DNA of 64,000 bases from the human T2T-CHM13v2.0 reference genome, Homo sapiens, in the NCBI RefSeq assembly GCF_009914755.1, contig NC_060928.1. The stretch is one strand, 5' to 3'. A program made the translations under genes and the position numbers. Under the pieces are notes generated by a model. It was not told the DNA's origin, ran no database searches, and saw nothing but the letters and a program-made list of their open reading frames with translations. Below are positions 15,606 through 29,905 of the stretch, one piece after another. The number at the start of each line of letters is the position of its first letter. Within the stretch, counting starts at the first letter, position 1.

Positions 15606-18595
15606 TCTGAAATTGAGTCAGTAATAAAGAACCTGCCAACTAAAAAAAGCTCTGGACCAGATGGACTCATAGCTGAATTCTACCAGACATACTAAGAAGA
15701 ACTGATACCATTCCTACTAAAACTATTCCAAAATATCAAGGAGGAGGAGCCCCTCCCTAACTCATTCTATGAAGCCAGCATCACCCTGATACCAAACTCT
15801 GGCAAAGACTCAACCAAAAATGAAAATTTCAGACAAATATCCCTCATGAATACAGACAAAAAAATCCTCAAGAAAAGACTAGCATATTGAATCCAGCAGC
15901 ACATCAAAAAGTTAATACGCCACAATTAAGTAGGCTTCGTTCCTGGGATGAAAGGTTGGTTCAACATATGCAAATCAATAAATGTGATTCACTACGTAAA
16001 CAGAATCAAAAGCTGGAACATTATGATCATCTCTATAGACACAGAAAAAGCTTTCAGTAACACCCTATATCCTTTTATGATAAAAACCCTTACCAGACTA
16101 GGCATCTAAATAACATGGCTCAAAATAATAAGAGACATCTATGACAAACCCACAGTCAACATCATACTAAATGGGCAAAAGCTCCAACCATTCTTCTTGA
16201 GAATTGGAACATGACAAAGATGCTCACTCTCACCACTCCTATTCAACATGGTATTGGAAGTCCTAGCCAGAACATTCAGGTGAGAGAAAGAAATAAAAGG
16301 CATTTAAATAGGAAAGGAAGAAGTCAAACTATCTCTCTTCACTGATGATATGACTCTATACCTAGAAAATCCTAAAGATCCTTTCAAAGGGTGACTAGAA
16401 TTGATAAACAACTTTAGTAAAGTTTCAGGATACAAAATCAATGCACAAAACTCAGTAGCATTTCTACACACCAACAACGTCCAGGCTGAAAGTGAAATCG
16501 AGAACACAGTCTCAATTACAATATTCACAAAGAAAATAAAATACTTAGGGATATAGCTCACCCAGGAGGTGAAAGATCTCCACAAGGAGAACGACAAAAT
16601 ACTGTTGAAAGAAATCAAAGTGACACAAATAAATGGAAAAGCATTTCATTCTTGTAGACTGAAAGAATCAGTGTTATAAAAATGGCCATACTGCCCAATG
16701 CAATTTATAGATTAAATACTATTCTAGTCAAACTACTAAGAACATTCTTCACAGAATTAGAAAAAAAGTATTCTAAAATTCATATGGAACCAAATAAGAG
16801 CCAGAATAGCCAAAGCAATCCTATAAGCAAAAGAAAAAATAAAACAGAAACTAAGCCCAAGACATCACACTACCTGATTTTAAACTCTACTATACCACAG
16901 TAACTAAAAGAGCTTGGTACTGCTATACACACAGACACCTAGACCAATGAAACAGAATAGAAAACCCAGAAATAAAGTCACACGCCTACCACCGTCTGAT
17001 CTTTGACAAGGCTGACAAAAACAAGCAATGAGGAAAGGACTCCCTATTCAATAAATGGAGCTGGGATAACTGGCTAACTATACACAGAAGATTGAAGCTG
17101 GACCCCCACCTTTCAACATATACTAAAGTTAACTCGAAATGGATTAAAGATTTCAATGTAAATCTCAAACTATAAAAATCCTGGAAGACAACCTAGGGTA
17201 TACTTTTCTCAACATCAACTGTGGCAAATAATTTTTGGCTAAGTTCCCAAAAACAATTGTAACAAAACAAAAATAGACAAGTGGGACCTAATTAAACTCA
17301 AGAGCTCCTGCACAGTAAAAGAAATTATCCTACACTTGATCTTCGTGGATGAAGCTGGAGGCCATCATTCTCAGCAAACTATCGCAAGGACAAAAAACCA
17401 AACACTGCATGTTCTCACTCATAGGTGGGAATTGAACAATGAGAACACATGGACATAGGAACAAGAACATCACACACTGGGGCCTGTTGTGGGGTGGAGG
17501 GAGTGGGGAGGGATAGCATTAGGAGATATACCTAATGTTAATGGGTGCAGCACACCAACATGACACTTGTATACATATGTAACAAACCTGCACATTGTGC
17601 ACATGTACCCTAAAACTTAAAGTATAATAATAAAAAAAAAAAGAAGCTATCAACAAAGCCAACAGGTAACCTACAGAATGGGAGAAGATATTCACAAATG
17701 ATGTATCCAACAAAGGCCTAATACCAAGAATCTATACAGTAGGGAACTTAAATCAACAAGCTAAAACCAAATAACCCCCTTTAAAAATGGGCAAAGGACA
17801 TGAATCAACATTTCTCAAAAGAAGACACAGAGGTGGCCAACAAACATGAAAAAACACTCAGTATTAGTAATCATCAGAGAAATGTAAATCTAAATTACAA
17901 TGAGATACCATCTCATACCAGTCAGAATGGCTATTATTAGAAAGTCCAAAAACAGATGCTGGTGAGGCTGCAGAGTAAAGGGAATTCTTACACATGGTGG
18001 GAATGTAAATTAGTCCAGCCACTGTGGAAAGCAGTCTGGAGATTTCTCAAAGAACTTAAAACAGGGCTACCATTTGACCCAGCAATCACATTACTGGGTA
18101 CACACCCAAAAGAAAACAAATAATTCTACCAAAAAGACACATGCACTCATATGTTCATCACTGTGCTCTTCACAATAGCAAAGAAGTGGAATCAACCCAG
18201 GTGCCCATCAGTGGTAGATTGGATTAAGAAAATGAGGTACACAGACACCATGAAATACTATGCAGCCATTAAAAAAGAAGGAAATCTTGTCCTTTCAGCA
18301 ACATGAATAGGGCTGGAAGCCATAATCCCAAGCAAATTAACATAGGAATAGAAAAACAAATACTGCATGTTCTTACTTGTGAGAGTTAAACATTGAACAC
18401 GCATGGAAATAAATATGGGAACAGTAGACACTACAGACTACTGGGAAGGCGGGACATTGAAAAACTACCTATTGGGTACTATGCTCACTGCCAAGGTGAC
18501 AGGATCCTAATTCCAAACCTCAGCATAATGCAATACTCCCATGTAACAAATCTGAACATGTACCTACTGTATCTAACATAGAATTTGAAAAAGAA
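15606..18595 (+). mobile_element. 5'-truncated LINE-1 (L1PA15/16-like), decayed ORF2 plus 3'UTR
   Basis: ggaccagatggactcatagctgaattctaccagac...; 3'UTR aaaactacctattgggtactatgctcac...catgtaacaaatctg. Confidence 0.92.
17330..17640 (+). mobile_element. Younger L1PA 3' end nested in the older L1
   Basis: catgtaccctaaaacttaaagtataataataaaaaaaa; TSD aaaagaa(at/gc)tatc at 17317-17329 and 17639-17651. Confidence 0.92.
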
Positions 18596-19743
18596 GAACA
18601 TTATTGTAAAGAGATAGACATACAGGTAATGTATTTATGCAAAATATCATGCCTAATTCATAAGATGTTACTGTGTTGCCTTAGAAAGTAGGCAGTACAC
18701 AGATGGAATTGATTACCTAGTGAGTTAAGCAGAGTTTGGATAAGCATAGTTATAATAAATTTTTGCTGGTATATTAGTGGGATGATTTGCAGCTAATATC
18801 AGTGATGACAAAAGTATTCTGCACTAAAACATTTATCCATCTATGTTTAAAAAAGCTATTAGGAAAACTGAGCAGTGATCTGGGTTTTGTTATGTTCCTT
18901 CTACTTTTAACCTAGTTTCCTCCTTGGCCTTAATTCCCCCACATGTTCAATGGCATAGAAATAGACAAAAAAGTAGTTAATATTATAGAATAAGGTAACT
19001 GTGGGCATTAAATGAGATGGTATATGTGTCTGGCACATAGTAAACATTCAATTAATGATATTGTTGTTCATATAATGAGTAGTAGTATTAGAAATATTTG
19101 CAGTAATATCTAGTGTTACCTTCAACACTAGGAGCAGAACAGTGCCTGGGAGTGCTAATTCTGACAAATTATTCAGTTCCTCTGAGCTTTCCTTCTTGGG
19201 TCTATTTCCCACCTCTGGCTGGACAATGTGTTTAATGTTTCCAAGCCTTAATTTTAAAATTTATAAACTGGGGATAATATTTGTATCAATTTCTTAAAGT
19301 TGTTTTAAGAGATTGAATTACTGGCAGGCAGTAATAATAAATTACAGTAATGATGACTATTATAATTATTGCATACATACTAATTGAGGTGTTATTCTAG
19401 AATATTTAGGAGTGAGGGGTCTAACACAGCACTTTCTGAGTTTGAATCATTTTTCTGACTCTTGTTAGCTCTGTGTGACCTTGGGCAAAGTGCTTAGTCT
19501 ATGCTTCAGTTTCTTCATCAATAAAAGGGGAAGAGCAATGGAACCTACTATAAAATGTTGTCAGGAGGTTGAAATAAAATAATGTGTATAAAACATGTAA
19601 AATAGTGGCTGGCACATAGTGTTTAAAATACTTATTATTATATCACTTATTAAAATGTTCTTTGAGATAAGTATGATTTTGCCCATTTTCGATGGGTACA
19701 TTGAGGTACAGAGAAGTTGAATAAACTGTCCAAAGACACAGAG

Positions 19744-20128
19744 TGATAAGGTTTGGCTGCGTGTGCCCACCCAAATCTCATGTTGAATTGTAATTCCCAG
19801 TGTTGGGGGAGGCACCTGGTGGGAGGTGACTGGATCATGGGGGTGGATTTCTTCCTTGTTGTTCTTGTGATAGTGAGTGAATTCTCAGGAGATCTAGTTG
19901 TTAAAAGTGTGTAGCACTGCCCCCTTCACTCTGTCTCTCCCACTCCACCATGTGAAGAAGCTGCTTGCTGCCCCTTCACCCGTCCATCATGATTGTAAGT
20001 TTCCTGAGGCCTCCCCAACCATGCTTCCTTTACAGCCTGTGCAACTGTGAGTTAATCAAACCTCTTTTCTTCATAAATCACCCAGTCTTAGGTAGTTCTT
20101 TCTAGCAATGTGAGAACAAACTAATACA
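19744..20128 (+). mobile_element. MaLR LTR (MSTA/THE1D-like)
   Basis: tgataaggtttggctg...cccacccaaatctcatgttgaattgtaa...aactaataca. Confidence 0.9.
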
Positions 20129-20599
20129 CATGGCGAGAGTAATTCTGTCATTTGAAAAAATCTTTGTCCCCTAAATTGTACCCAGCTGCTTCATTTTGCA
20201 GGCACTTCTTGCTGTTGAATTGCTAATTGTGGGATCCACTAGAAACCACAGCTCCCTGAGGACCTTTTATACTCTTCCTGTTTGGAATTGATAGGGGAAT
20301 AAAAATCATCTTTTGGAATAGAATTTGAGACAATAACTGAGCTTTATAGTCTCTCATTTCCTCCCACACAACTTATGATTTAATATCCTGAATGGTTTGC
20401 TATTCCCTGAATGAAGTCTGAATTGCCAACTTCTGTGTTTTTGCTTATCCTATCCCCACTAAATGAACTTGCCGTTCTTCCTCCTCAACCTTCTCTGTCT
20501 CTATTCTCTAAGGCTCATTTCAGTGGGGAAGGGGCTTCACAGAGGAGAGGCCTCCTGAGACATTCACACACCCTGTGCACTTGTCACCTCTGATGGCTT

Positions 20600-21050
20600 T
20601 GTATATCAATGATCTCTTTGAATATCTGTCATTTCCTCTGTGATATAAACATTTAGAGGCAAGAGATCTATCTTGGTTATCTTATTACCACTAATGCCTA
20701 GTATGGCCTGGGCATTAGAGACAATTTATTCATTTATTCATTAAATATTGATTGAGTGCCTATTATGACCCAGGCATTGGTCAAGGTACAATGGACATTA
20801 GAATGAACAAAAACAACCAAATTCTCTCTCCCATGGGCCTGAAATTCTAATGGAAGAGTCACCAATTGGACATCGGAGTGGCAATGTCAAGTGGCTGGAT
20901 GGAGACATGGTTCTGAAGTTGATAAGCACAGTCTGGCTGAAGATGTGAATATCAGAGTCATCACTATATAAGTAATATTAAGACCATCAAACTCAATGTG
21001 ATCACTAAGGCGGTATACATTGGCAGAAAATATAACAGTAATTCTTTCTT
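20600..21050. mobile_element. L2 fragments
   Basis: cattcatt-type tail, tgagtgcctattatgacccaggca, gtggcaatgtcaagtggctggat. Confidence 0.6.
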
Positions 21051-22529
21051 TTATGGAATGAAGGAATACATTTAAAAAAAAAAATTAAAAGGGCCAGGGA
21101 GTGGCAGGGACTCCAGAGTAGGAAAGCCCAAAGCAGGATCAGCCTAGAAATGACCATTTTCTAAGAATTACTTTTCCTGTGGGTTTCCTCTCCTGGTGGC
21201 ATGTCACAGAGCTTCCTGTTCATGGTGGTATTCACCAACAAGAAAATAACTGAGCAGCATGGCTGTATTTAACATTCATTCAACACAGACACAGTTTCCA
21301 CATGGTCTTTACATATTCTTCATGTCTTCAAACATTTGCCCAGGGATAAACAGTGTCTCTCTTTGAGTTCTTTTTTCCTCTTAGTCCAGGGGCAGCTTGC
21401 ATGTAAACATGGCATCCAAATAATGATGCCTAAACTCATCTTGATGTCACCAAGATGTGGCAGTCATGTGGCAAAAAATCATAAAATCTCCCACAACATT
21501 ATTAAGTGAAAAGAGTTGGAAGTGAGTTCAGAGAACTCAGGAAAAATGCTTTGCAAAACAAAGCATGAAAATTTACTGTCCAGACTCTGCTCCATTTCTC
21601 CCATTAGAGTATAATCTTTCATAGTGTGTGGTATATCATAGCGATGAATCCACATACAGGATTTCTGTAATGATATGATGATTTTGACACTGATCCTTCT
21701 AACATCTGCTCACCTAAAGCATTAGTTTCACACTGCTATTGAAATAAATGTGATTTTTAATATCCTCAGGAACACTCAATGAAGAATATGTCCACCTCTA
21801 AGCAGAGTCTGAAAACACTGTAATATGCTATGGGATTGTTTTTCTCCCCAGCCTCAAAGGAGAATGGTTTGCTGAAAGATAAATAAGGTTTTATACTGTC
21901 AGTTCATCTCCAGAACTCATCTTTTGTTCTTCTACTTCCTCTTTTTAATGAAACCTTACAAATAAAGATGGACCAATATTACCATCAAGAATTGCTGCCT
22001 GTCACACTTGGTGCTTCAAAACCCTTGGCAAAAGGCAATTTGAAATGTAAGAAGGCTAAACTTGAACCCTGCAATCTAAGCAGATAAAAAAACAATGCTC
22101 TGTATTTTATAGACCTGGTGGAGTAGAAAATTGAGGCTCTTTGAAGAATTAGGTTCCCATTTCAGCAGAAACCAGACTCATCGACCAGACTCATGTTTAG
22201 CTCAAATATTACTTTTTAGGCCAATGAAAATGGAAAATAGGTTGTATAGCTCCTACGAGAAGCTACCTTGGTTACCATTATGAAAATATTACATAAAACA
22301 AAGAAGGCTCTCATTTATCTAACAGTCTACACAGTGTTTTGTAAGTAGTCATCATTCTACCCATTCTGGCCCAAATTAACAGTAACAAAAGTGGAAAAAT
22401 CAAGTGGGAAGCAAAAGACTTAATCACATAGGTAACCTGAAAAAAACAAAAGATGCACTAATCAAAAACTAAACTTGTTTAATTCTTGTTTCAAAAATTT
22501 GTGTTATTCAAGTATTTAAAGCCAAGATG

Positions 22530-24110
22530 TCTAAAATAAAACTACCATCTCTCCCTAACTGACCTTCATGGCCTTCCCTCTATGTTCCTTATCTTGATAA
22601 ATTTCACCATTATCATTTTGGTGGAGTCACTTCATCTCTTTCCTATCTTTCACTCAATATCACAAATTGTTTTTCAATATTTCCAATTACGCACAATTCC
22701 ACCATGTGTTTCAAATTTATCCTCTCCCTTCCACCACGATTGCCATGTTTTGACTTTTGTCATCTCTTGTAGGCAGGGCAGTCTAGTGGTAAAGACACTA
22801 AGCTTTGGTATTATGCCATTGAAGGTAAAATCCCTGCTTTGATGTGTCATAATTGTTAGGTGCTGGGTGAGTGATTTAATTTCTTTGTTTAGTTTTCTCT
22901 TTTCAGTGGAGGTTGTAATTGTACCTTCCTCATAGACTTGCAGTAAATATTAAGAGTAATTGTTCAGGCTTAAAATAGCATTATGCTCAAGTGTTAGCTA
23001 TTGATACTGTCTTGCACAGACTTTTTAAGCAGTTTCCAACTAATTTTCTTGTCGTCTTTCTCTTTCTCTCTCAACAATTTGTCTTCTGACTTATTTTTGG
23101 TGTTATTTTACCACTGAGTTTCAGTTGGTTCATTGATTCAGAAGCCAATATCCCACTAAGTTTGGTTATTAGTTTTGACACCTGTCTGTCTCTTGTCTTC
23201 AAATATTGTTCTTGATCCTTTGCTAGTCTTTTCTCTAACTTCAAGTTCACATCATCCCTTCTAAAATTTGGCACATATCTAGCTCCCTCTACTCTTGGCT
23301 GACCAGCCATCCCCAAGTGCCAGACAAGATGAAAAATCACTCCTCAACTTAAAAACCTAACTTAAAATCCCCATTGCCTCTCTGCAGAGTGAATGCAGCA
23401 TAGTGCCCAGGAAAGTTTTCAAAATCTGGCCCCAGATCACTTTGCTGGCTGCTTCTCTTTCATACTTCTTGCCCCTCCTGACTGGCTAAGCTTTATCTTT
23501 TGAAGTACCTAGAATGCTCCTCCTTTTTTTCCCCTCTGATGAAATGATGATTCTTCTCCAGAGGGCCCTGCTGAAATATTAACTCTTTGTGAAATGCACC
23601 TAGGTGAGATTGAATTTCACCAGTATCACTACAGTAGTTGTGATCATCGTAGTAGCAGGAGAATGACAGCAAAAACAGCCAACATTTAGTGACCATGTAT
23701 TAGCCAGTAACTGTTCTAAACACTTTACATGCTCATTAATCCTTTGAGCAAACTTACAGATTATTTACTATCATTTCTACCTTATGGATGAGGAAATTGA
23801 GGCCCAGAAGGGATAAGTAGCTTAACTAAAGTTTCTATAACTAGTTAGTCACAGAATGAGGATTTGAACCAAATAGGCTAATCCCAGAGTTATCACGTTC
23901 AACTTTTTAACTCTAGTATCTCTCTAGTTTTGCCTCTCACAGCATTCACAGCACTTTACTTGTATTCGTTGTGTCTTAGATCTACATATGTGTCTGTTTA
24001 TTTCAGTACAATGTTAGTCTTCAGATGTAGTGATCTGAGTGTTCCCCTGTGCCTGGAACTATTGCTTTTCAAATAGTGTTCCATAAATGTCTGCCATATT
24101 GAAGTGAAAT
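22530..24110. mobile_element. Degraded L2 with interspersed MIRs
   Basis: L2-like pyrimidine-rich motifs; MIR core ggatgaggaaattgaggcccagaaggg at ~23790. Confidence 0.6.
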
Positions 24111-26181
24111 TCATTAAATTTGTCAACAGAAAACAGGTGTCCTGACACTCCTACCTCTAGCTTTCCTATACTAAAACCTGTGAATGATTTAATGACAACT
24201 TCTGGTAGATATATAATGGACCAGGAAAAAAAACCCGCAATTTTCCTTTTTTCACTAAGTATCAATGTGACTTTGGGCAAGCCACTTCATCTCTTTTTTT
24301 TTTTTTTTAGTTTGGAAGATAGAGATTATAACCCTTGTGATCTGCCATTATCAAAGGGGTTTTATGAAAATGAAATATTCAAAAGAAAGAATTTTAAAAC
24401 TTGTAAAAGCCCATACACGTGTAAGAAACAAATATTCTAATAGGTAAAACATATAGCCAATATCTGAACGATAGGGCCAATTGGTATTACAGCAGGGTTA
24501 AATGGAGTTTCTAATGTTTCCCATGTTCTGCCTTTCATGGACAGTGAAGTACCACAAAAGGAGGAAATCTGTGTTAGCTTTGAAACCTCCACCATTTGTC
24601 ACAGCCAGAAATAATGCCGTCTCAATGGCTGCTGCAATGCTAGATCTGGAAAGAGACTTGGGCACAGTCTCTACTTCTTATTCGTGGATGGTGAAAGGCC
24701 CAGAGAGAAGGAAAAAAAAAAAACTCATTCAAGGGGCTACCACCATCTTCCTGCACAATATGTGCTGTGTATGACGGTCCCATGTTGAGCAGGTAAGTGG
24801 AAAAAGATCTAGTCATATTTTTTTGTAAAACTGACCAGAACGTTGAACGTAACTAGAGAATTGGTAAAGTACAGAGACTTTGCAGCTCCACAGCTGTGTT
24901 CAATCTCTTCCCCTACTCCCATGCCTCTTGCTGATGATGTGATTCAGAAATTAAATAATCCCTCATACCTCAGTTTCCTATTCTGTAAAATGGGTATAAT
25001 CCTGTCCACCTTACAGAGTTATTTTTAGGATATAATGAGTTATACTGTGCAAGCCACTTAAAACTGTACCAGACACATAGTAAGTTCTAAATGTTTGTTA
25101 AATAGATAAAAATAACATCTGAGGGTTTGAACATGACACTTTTAGGGCTTAAAATGAAATTGAATGAATCTTGCTTTCTATTAAGAAATACGTAAATATT
25201 AAATTTACATTTAACATGGGTTATGCCTCTGTTCTTCCACAGATTTTCCTGACTACATGCCTAGGTCAGAGCCTTTAGCTAAATTCACCAAGGAGTTAGC
25301 ATGAGATTAATTAACTGTCAGAGGTTAAACATTAAAAAAAAAATCCTGGAGGTTACTGTTGTATTTTTAATGGGCAACATGTTGGCCATTCAAGTTGCTT
25401 TTTGCAAACAAATCCTCCAACAGCCAAATGCTGATGGTTTCTCTGCCAACAGAGCATCTAAAAATTTCTATGATCAATATGCTACCGGGAAAAACAAAAC
25501 ACACTGAAATGTTATGGTATATTTCATGCCAAAAACCTGAAACACAGTTAGGAAATTATGTTTTGCAGTTATGCAAGGCAATGTACTGATGGTGGTTTAT
25601 TGATGAGTGGTCTAGTCTCACCATAACCTTGTCATATTCATGCTCCCATTTCTGCTCAAATAAAAAACAAAAACCCCTGGAATGAAGCTCTAATTTAGTG
25701 AATCAATTATTTTGATTGAATGAGGGCACTGAGATAGTGCTGGGTAGATGTTGTTATGAGTTAAATTTAGATAAAAATGTGAACACATACAAATATACAG
25801 ATAATCAAGTGTTGAATGTTTTATCTTTTGTATTATTTCCTGACCATTATCTAGTAAGTGCCTTTTTGTCAAATAATGTCCATTGAATGAGTAAGGAAAA
25901 TGACTACTTTATTCTTTGGTAAAAGAACTGGGGCATAGAGAGATAAAGTGAGTTACTCAGAGTTATTCAATAAGGAGTTATAGCCAGAGACTTGACAGCA
26001 TTTATTCTTTCTTTAAAAAAGTGTTTGTGCTTACATAAAGTATAGTAGCTAGGAATTTCTTGACATTAAGTCATCCATAAAGTAGCTAAATCCCTTAATC
26101 CTGTAAATAGCTACTCAATATCAATGTACATTCACGAGCCAGCTGTCAGCCTCCAAGATGCCACGGAATTGGGAAGAAATC

Positions 26182-26481
<300 letters not shown>

Positions 26482-26564
26482 CATGAAGAAATCTTATAAG
26501 AGGAGTGTGACTCTAAGTCTGACTGACTCTTAGTGTGACTGACTCTAGGAATTGTCGCTGATCC

Positions 26565-27044
26565 TGTAGATCACAACACCTGGCTCCTAAGATCTACAGA
26601 CTCTGGAAAACATCTTCCATCATTTAGCCTCCTTCTTTCTAAATGCTACTATGGTTCTGGAAGGCTGACCTTTGTGGACAATATTATCTGGACTCCTTGC
26701 CCTTCTGGTTTCCCATTGGGTTTGGCCACGGGTGAAGAGGAAAAGGGAGAGGTTGTGGTACTTATCATCTGGGCTCGCTCTTTGGTGAGTTGACAATAGC
26801 TGCATTTCTTATCCAAGGACCAGAGCCCTTTTTTATTGTTACAGCTATAGCTATGGCTTTTTCCACCTTCTAGTAACCATCAACCTAGAAATCGTAACTT
26901 TCGTTCTTGCTAACACTGAATGTTTCATAGCCTTATTGGCTCAATAAACCCTGCGCATACCTTTGCAAATTGTCCCTTCATTCAACTATCCCCTGTTGCC
27001 CTATTTAAATATGCCTTTTTTTCCTTCCTGGACCCTGACTGATA
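26565..27044 (+). mobile_element. Old ERVL LTR (LTR33-like)
   Basis: 3' end ccctgcgcatacctttgcaaattgtcccttcattcaact...ggaccctgactgatac. Confidence 0.6.
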
Positions 27045-29399
27045 CTGAATCATAGAATTTCAGTGTTGGAAAGTACTGGATTTGGAGTTGAGTTTCTGAT
27101 TTCAGATTTTTTTCAGAAGCTCTGTGATTTTGAGCAAATAATCTCCCTTGTCTAGTCTTCAGTTTCCTCATATGTAAAATAGCCTATATTCCTTATAGTA
27201 GGCTATTATTATTACTACTATTGTTATAATATGCTGTAAATCACTTAAAATGTGATGACTATTTCTTTAAAAACCATGTAGTCCAACTGGCTCTCCTGGG
27301 TGCCAACCGTATGAAATTTTCTTTTCCTCTCCTTGAATTTTTCCAGTAAGTTTTCTTCTATGGGTATGACAGTCTCAAATCTTGCAGTCAGACAGTAAGC
27401 GTATCTGTATCACTGGAGTAAGGTTCTTTTGGGTATAAGTTTTTGTTTATTCAACTTCTCAGTTGTGGGATTCTGCTCAAATCATTATAACCTTTTCAGG
27501 CCACAGCTACCTCAATTGTGAATTGGGTAAAACCTATCCTCCTGCAGGCAAAGGGCCAGAGCTAATGTTTTCTCTCTCTCTTTTTTTTTTTCCAATTTAA
27601 AGATTTACATTAGGAAAAACAGCTACTACTCTAGACCTATAAGAGCTCCCTCAATCAATATCAGAGGTCATCAGTGGAGCTCAGCCTGCTAAAGTGATGA
27701 AGACAGCAGGCTATGGAGTCAGAATTCTAGCTCTGCCAACTGGGGCATTTGTTTTGTTTCTATGTGCCTCAGTTTTTTTAGTCATTCTATGTACCTACCT
27801 CAGAAGGTGGTTGGGAACATCAACTGAGTTCATACTTGTCATTGATTCATGCTCATGATATTTCCTATACTAAATACTTTGCATGGATTATTCCCATGAC
27901 AATCCATTTTCTGATAATCGTAATCTTTTTTGTCTCCAATAAACCATGGCCCTTTCCTCCTTCTAGGACACTCTCTCCAGACCTTCACATTACTGGCTTT
28001 CCTTTTATTTTAAGGACTTAAAAGACATCTTGTCAATGAGGCTTTCTCTGAGCCAATCAAGATATGTCCCCTGCATATATTCCCTTTCCATCATATTACC
28101 ACAGGTTTACTTCTGCTATAACACTTATCACTTCCCAGATTACCTTTGTTTTCTTGTTTATTCTCTCTCTTCCTACATAAGCTCCAGGAAGGTAGTAAAC
28201 TGTGTTCCACTCTTCACTAGAAAGTGAGTGTCTAGTATCATGCCTGCCCTATATGGTCTCTAAAAATATTGTGGAATGAATGACCAAATAACGAAATTAA
28301 GAGGTGGAGAATTTATGTAAATAAGTTTACAGTAATAAACAGGCATTTTGTTTAGTATGAGGCACAACAGGAATTCAAACACATGCCAGGATGATGCTAA
28401 AACCCACAATGCCCCTCTTTGCCTCTTTCAATAGTTCTTGGAAGAGATCATAAAAGTCTGAGCTGGCTCAGAGCTGTAGCAAAAGAGACAAAAAAAAGTG
28501 AAATTAAAAGATATTCAGAGAGAACACTGACCAGAGTTTAGTAGCCATTAAGATGGTGGGTGGGGGATCATTAAGCAGAGAGAAGATTCCGACTTCAGCA
28601 ACTGGACAGCTCTTGATGCCAATGAATGATATAAGACGCTCAGAGTGAGTGCTACAGAGTGATGGTGATTAGGAGACTACATCTGGCTGTGCATTCATCC
28701 GCATCCTGGGATGGAGGTTCAAAGAGCTGCAGGCAATTGACTGCCTAGGGGATCGTGGGATGGGCCAAAAATGTGAACAAGACAATTCTTTGTTCACAGC
28801 CAAGGTACTGCTGACTCTATCCCTGTCTCATTTCTTACTCTGGTTGAGGCGATACTAGTGTCAGGTGGAAGACATTCTAAGGCCTAAATTAATTCTCATT
28901 AGATGATATCTATTACTCTTGCTCAACTACCAATCAGGTAGCTCGATGGGAGAAGGCCATTGGCTATGGCATAGATCTGTCACCTCCTGTCTTGAAGCCA
29001 TGTGTGTTGCTTCCTGGTACATTTCCAAGACAATGGCGCTTTTTGATATTTGTCTGATAGTCTTCTCAAACATCAAAGTCAAGATATGTGGTTTATTTAA
29101 CACAGTAGTTTGGGACTTAGAAGTTTTGCCTTTGACATTTTAAAAATGAGAAATACATTTAATTTTCAAACATTTAAGAATGTCTATGGTTCTTCATGCA
29201 GAAAATCTTTGTCATATGCTGCTTCTTTTAATGCTTTCGTTTGAGGCACAAACACCAGAACTAATAGTTTAAATCTGTATTTAACAAATGACTATAAAAG
29301 GTATATAATTTCGAAGTATTAAGAATATTATGCCTAAATAACAACAGAACTCAAGAAGAAATATGTATGCTTTGCTGAAAAACATTTGAAAGGCCAATT

Positions 29400-29905
29400 T
29401 GTGGAAAAATTTTCTAATATAAATTGGGAAGCTTGCATTCAGATAAATCAGTTCTTTTATCCAATAATTCAAAATTTAGGGGAAAGTAATTTTAAAAGCA
29501 TAGATAGATATATACACAAAGCCATTTATCATGGTGCTATTTATATTGAGAGTGGGAGGTAAAAAGAGGAAAACTCTAAATATCCAAAGGCAGAGAATGG
29601 GATCAAATACAATATACTAGAGTTATGCAATGTAGTATTATGCTTGCCATTAAAAATGATTTTATAAAAAGTTTTAATAGCAGGGCTGATATTTATGAAA
29701 GTATATCATGTAAATGAAATAATAAAAATTTGGTATTGATATGACATAATTAGTACATATACATTGATGGGAAAAAAGATATTACTAGTTATTTGTAGTT
29801 ACTTCATGGTAGCAGATTATGTGTGTGTGGCGTGCACGTGTGTGTGGGCTCTTATCTTTCTTTGCACTTTCCAAATTGACTGTCCTGAACATGAGAGACT
29901 TTTGC
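29400..29905 (+). mobile_element. Ancient L1 (L1ME-like) 3' fragment
   Basis: Degraded L1M 3' motifs (atcatggtgctatttata...aaatatccaa...gccattaaaaatga). Confidence 0.5.

Noticed and set aside
26506-26548. Repeated TGACT units resembling AP-1 sites or a repeat array
   Set aside because: Short degenerate slippage repeat with no full TGACTCA site and no repeat-spacer structure.
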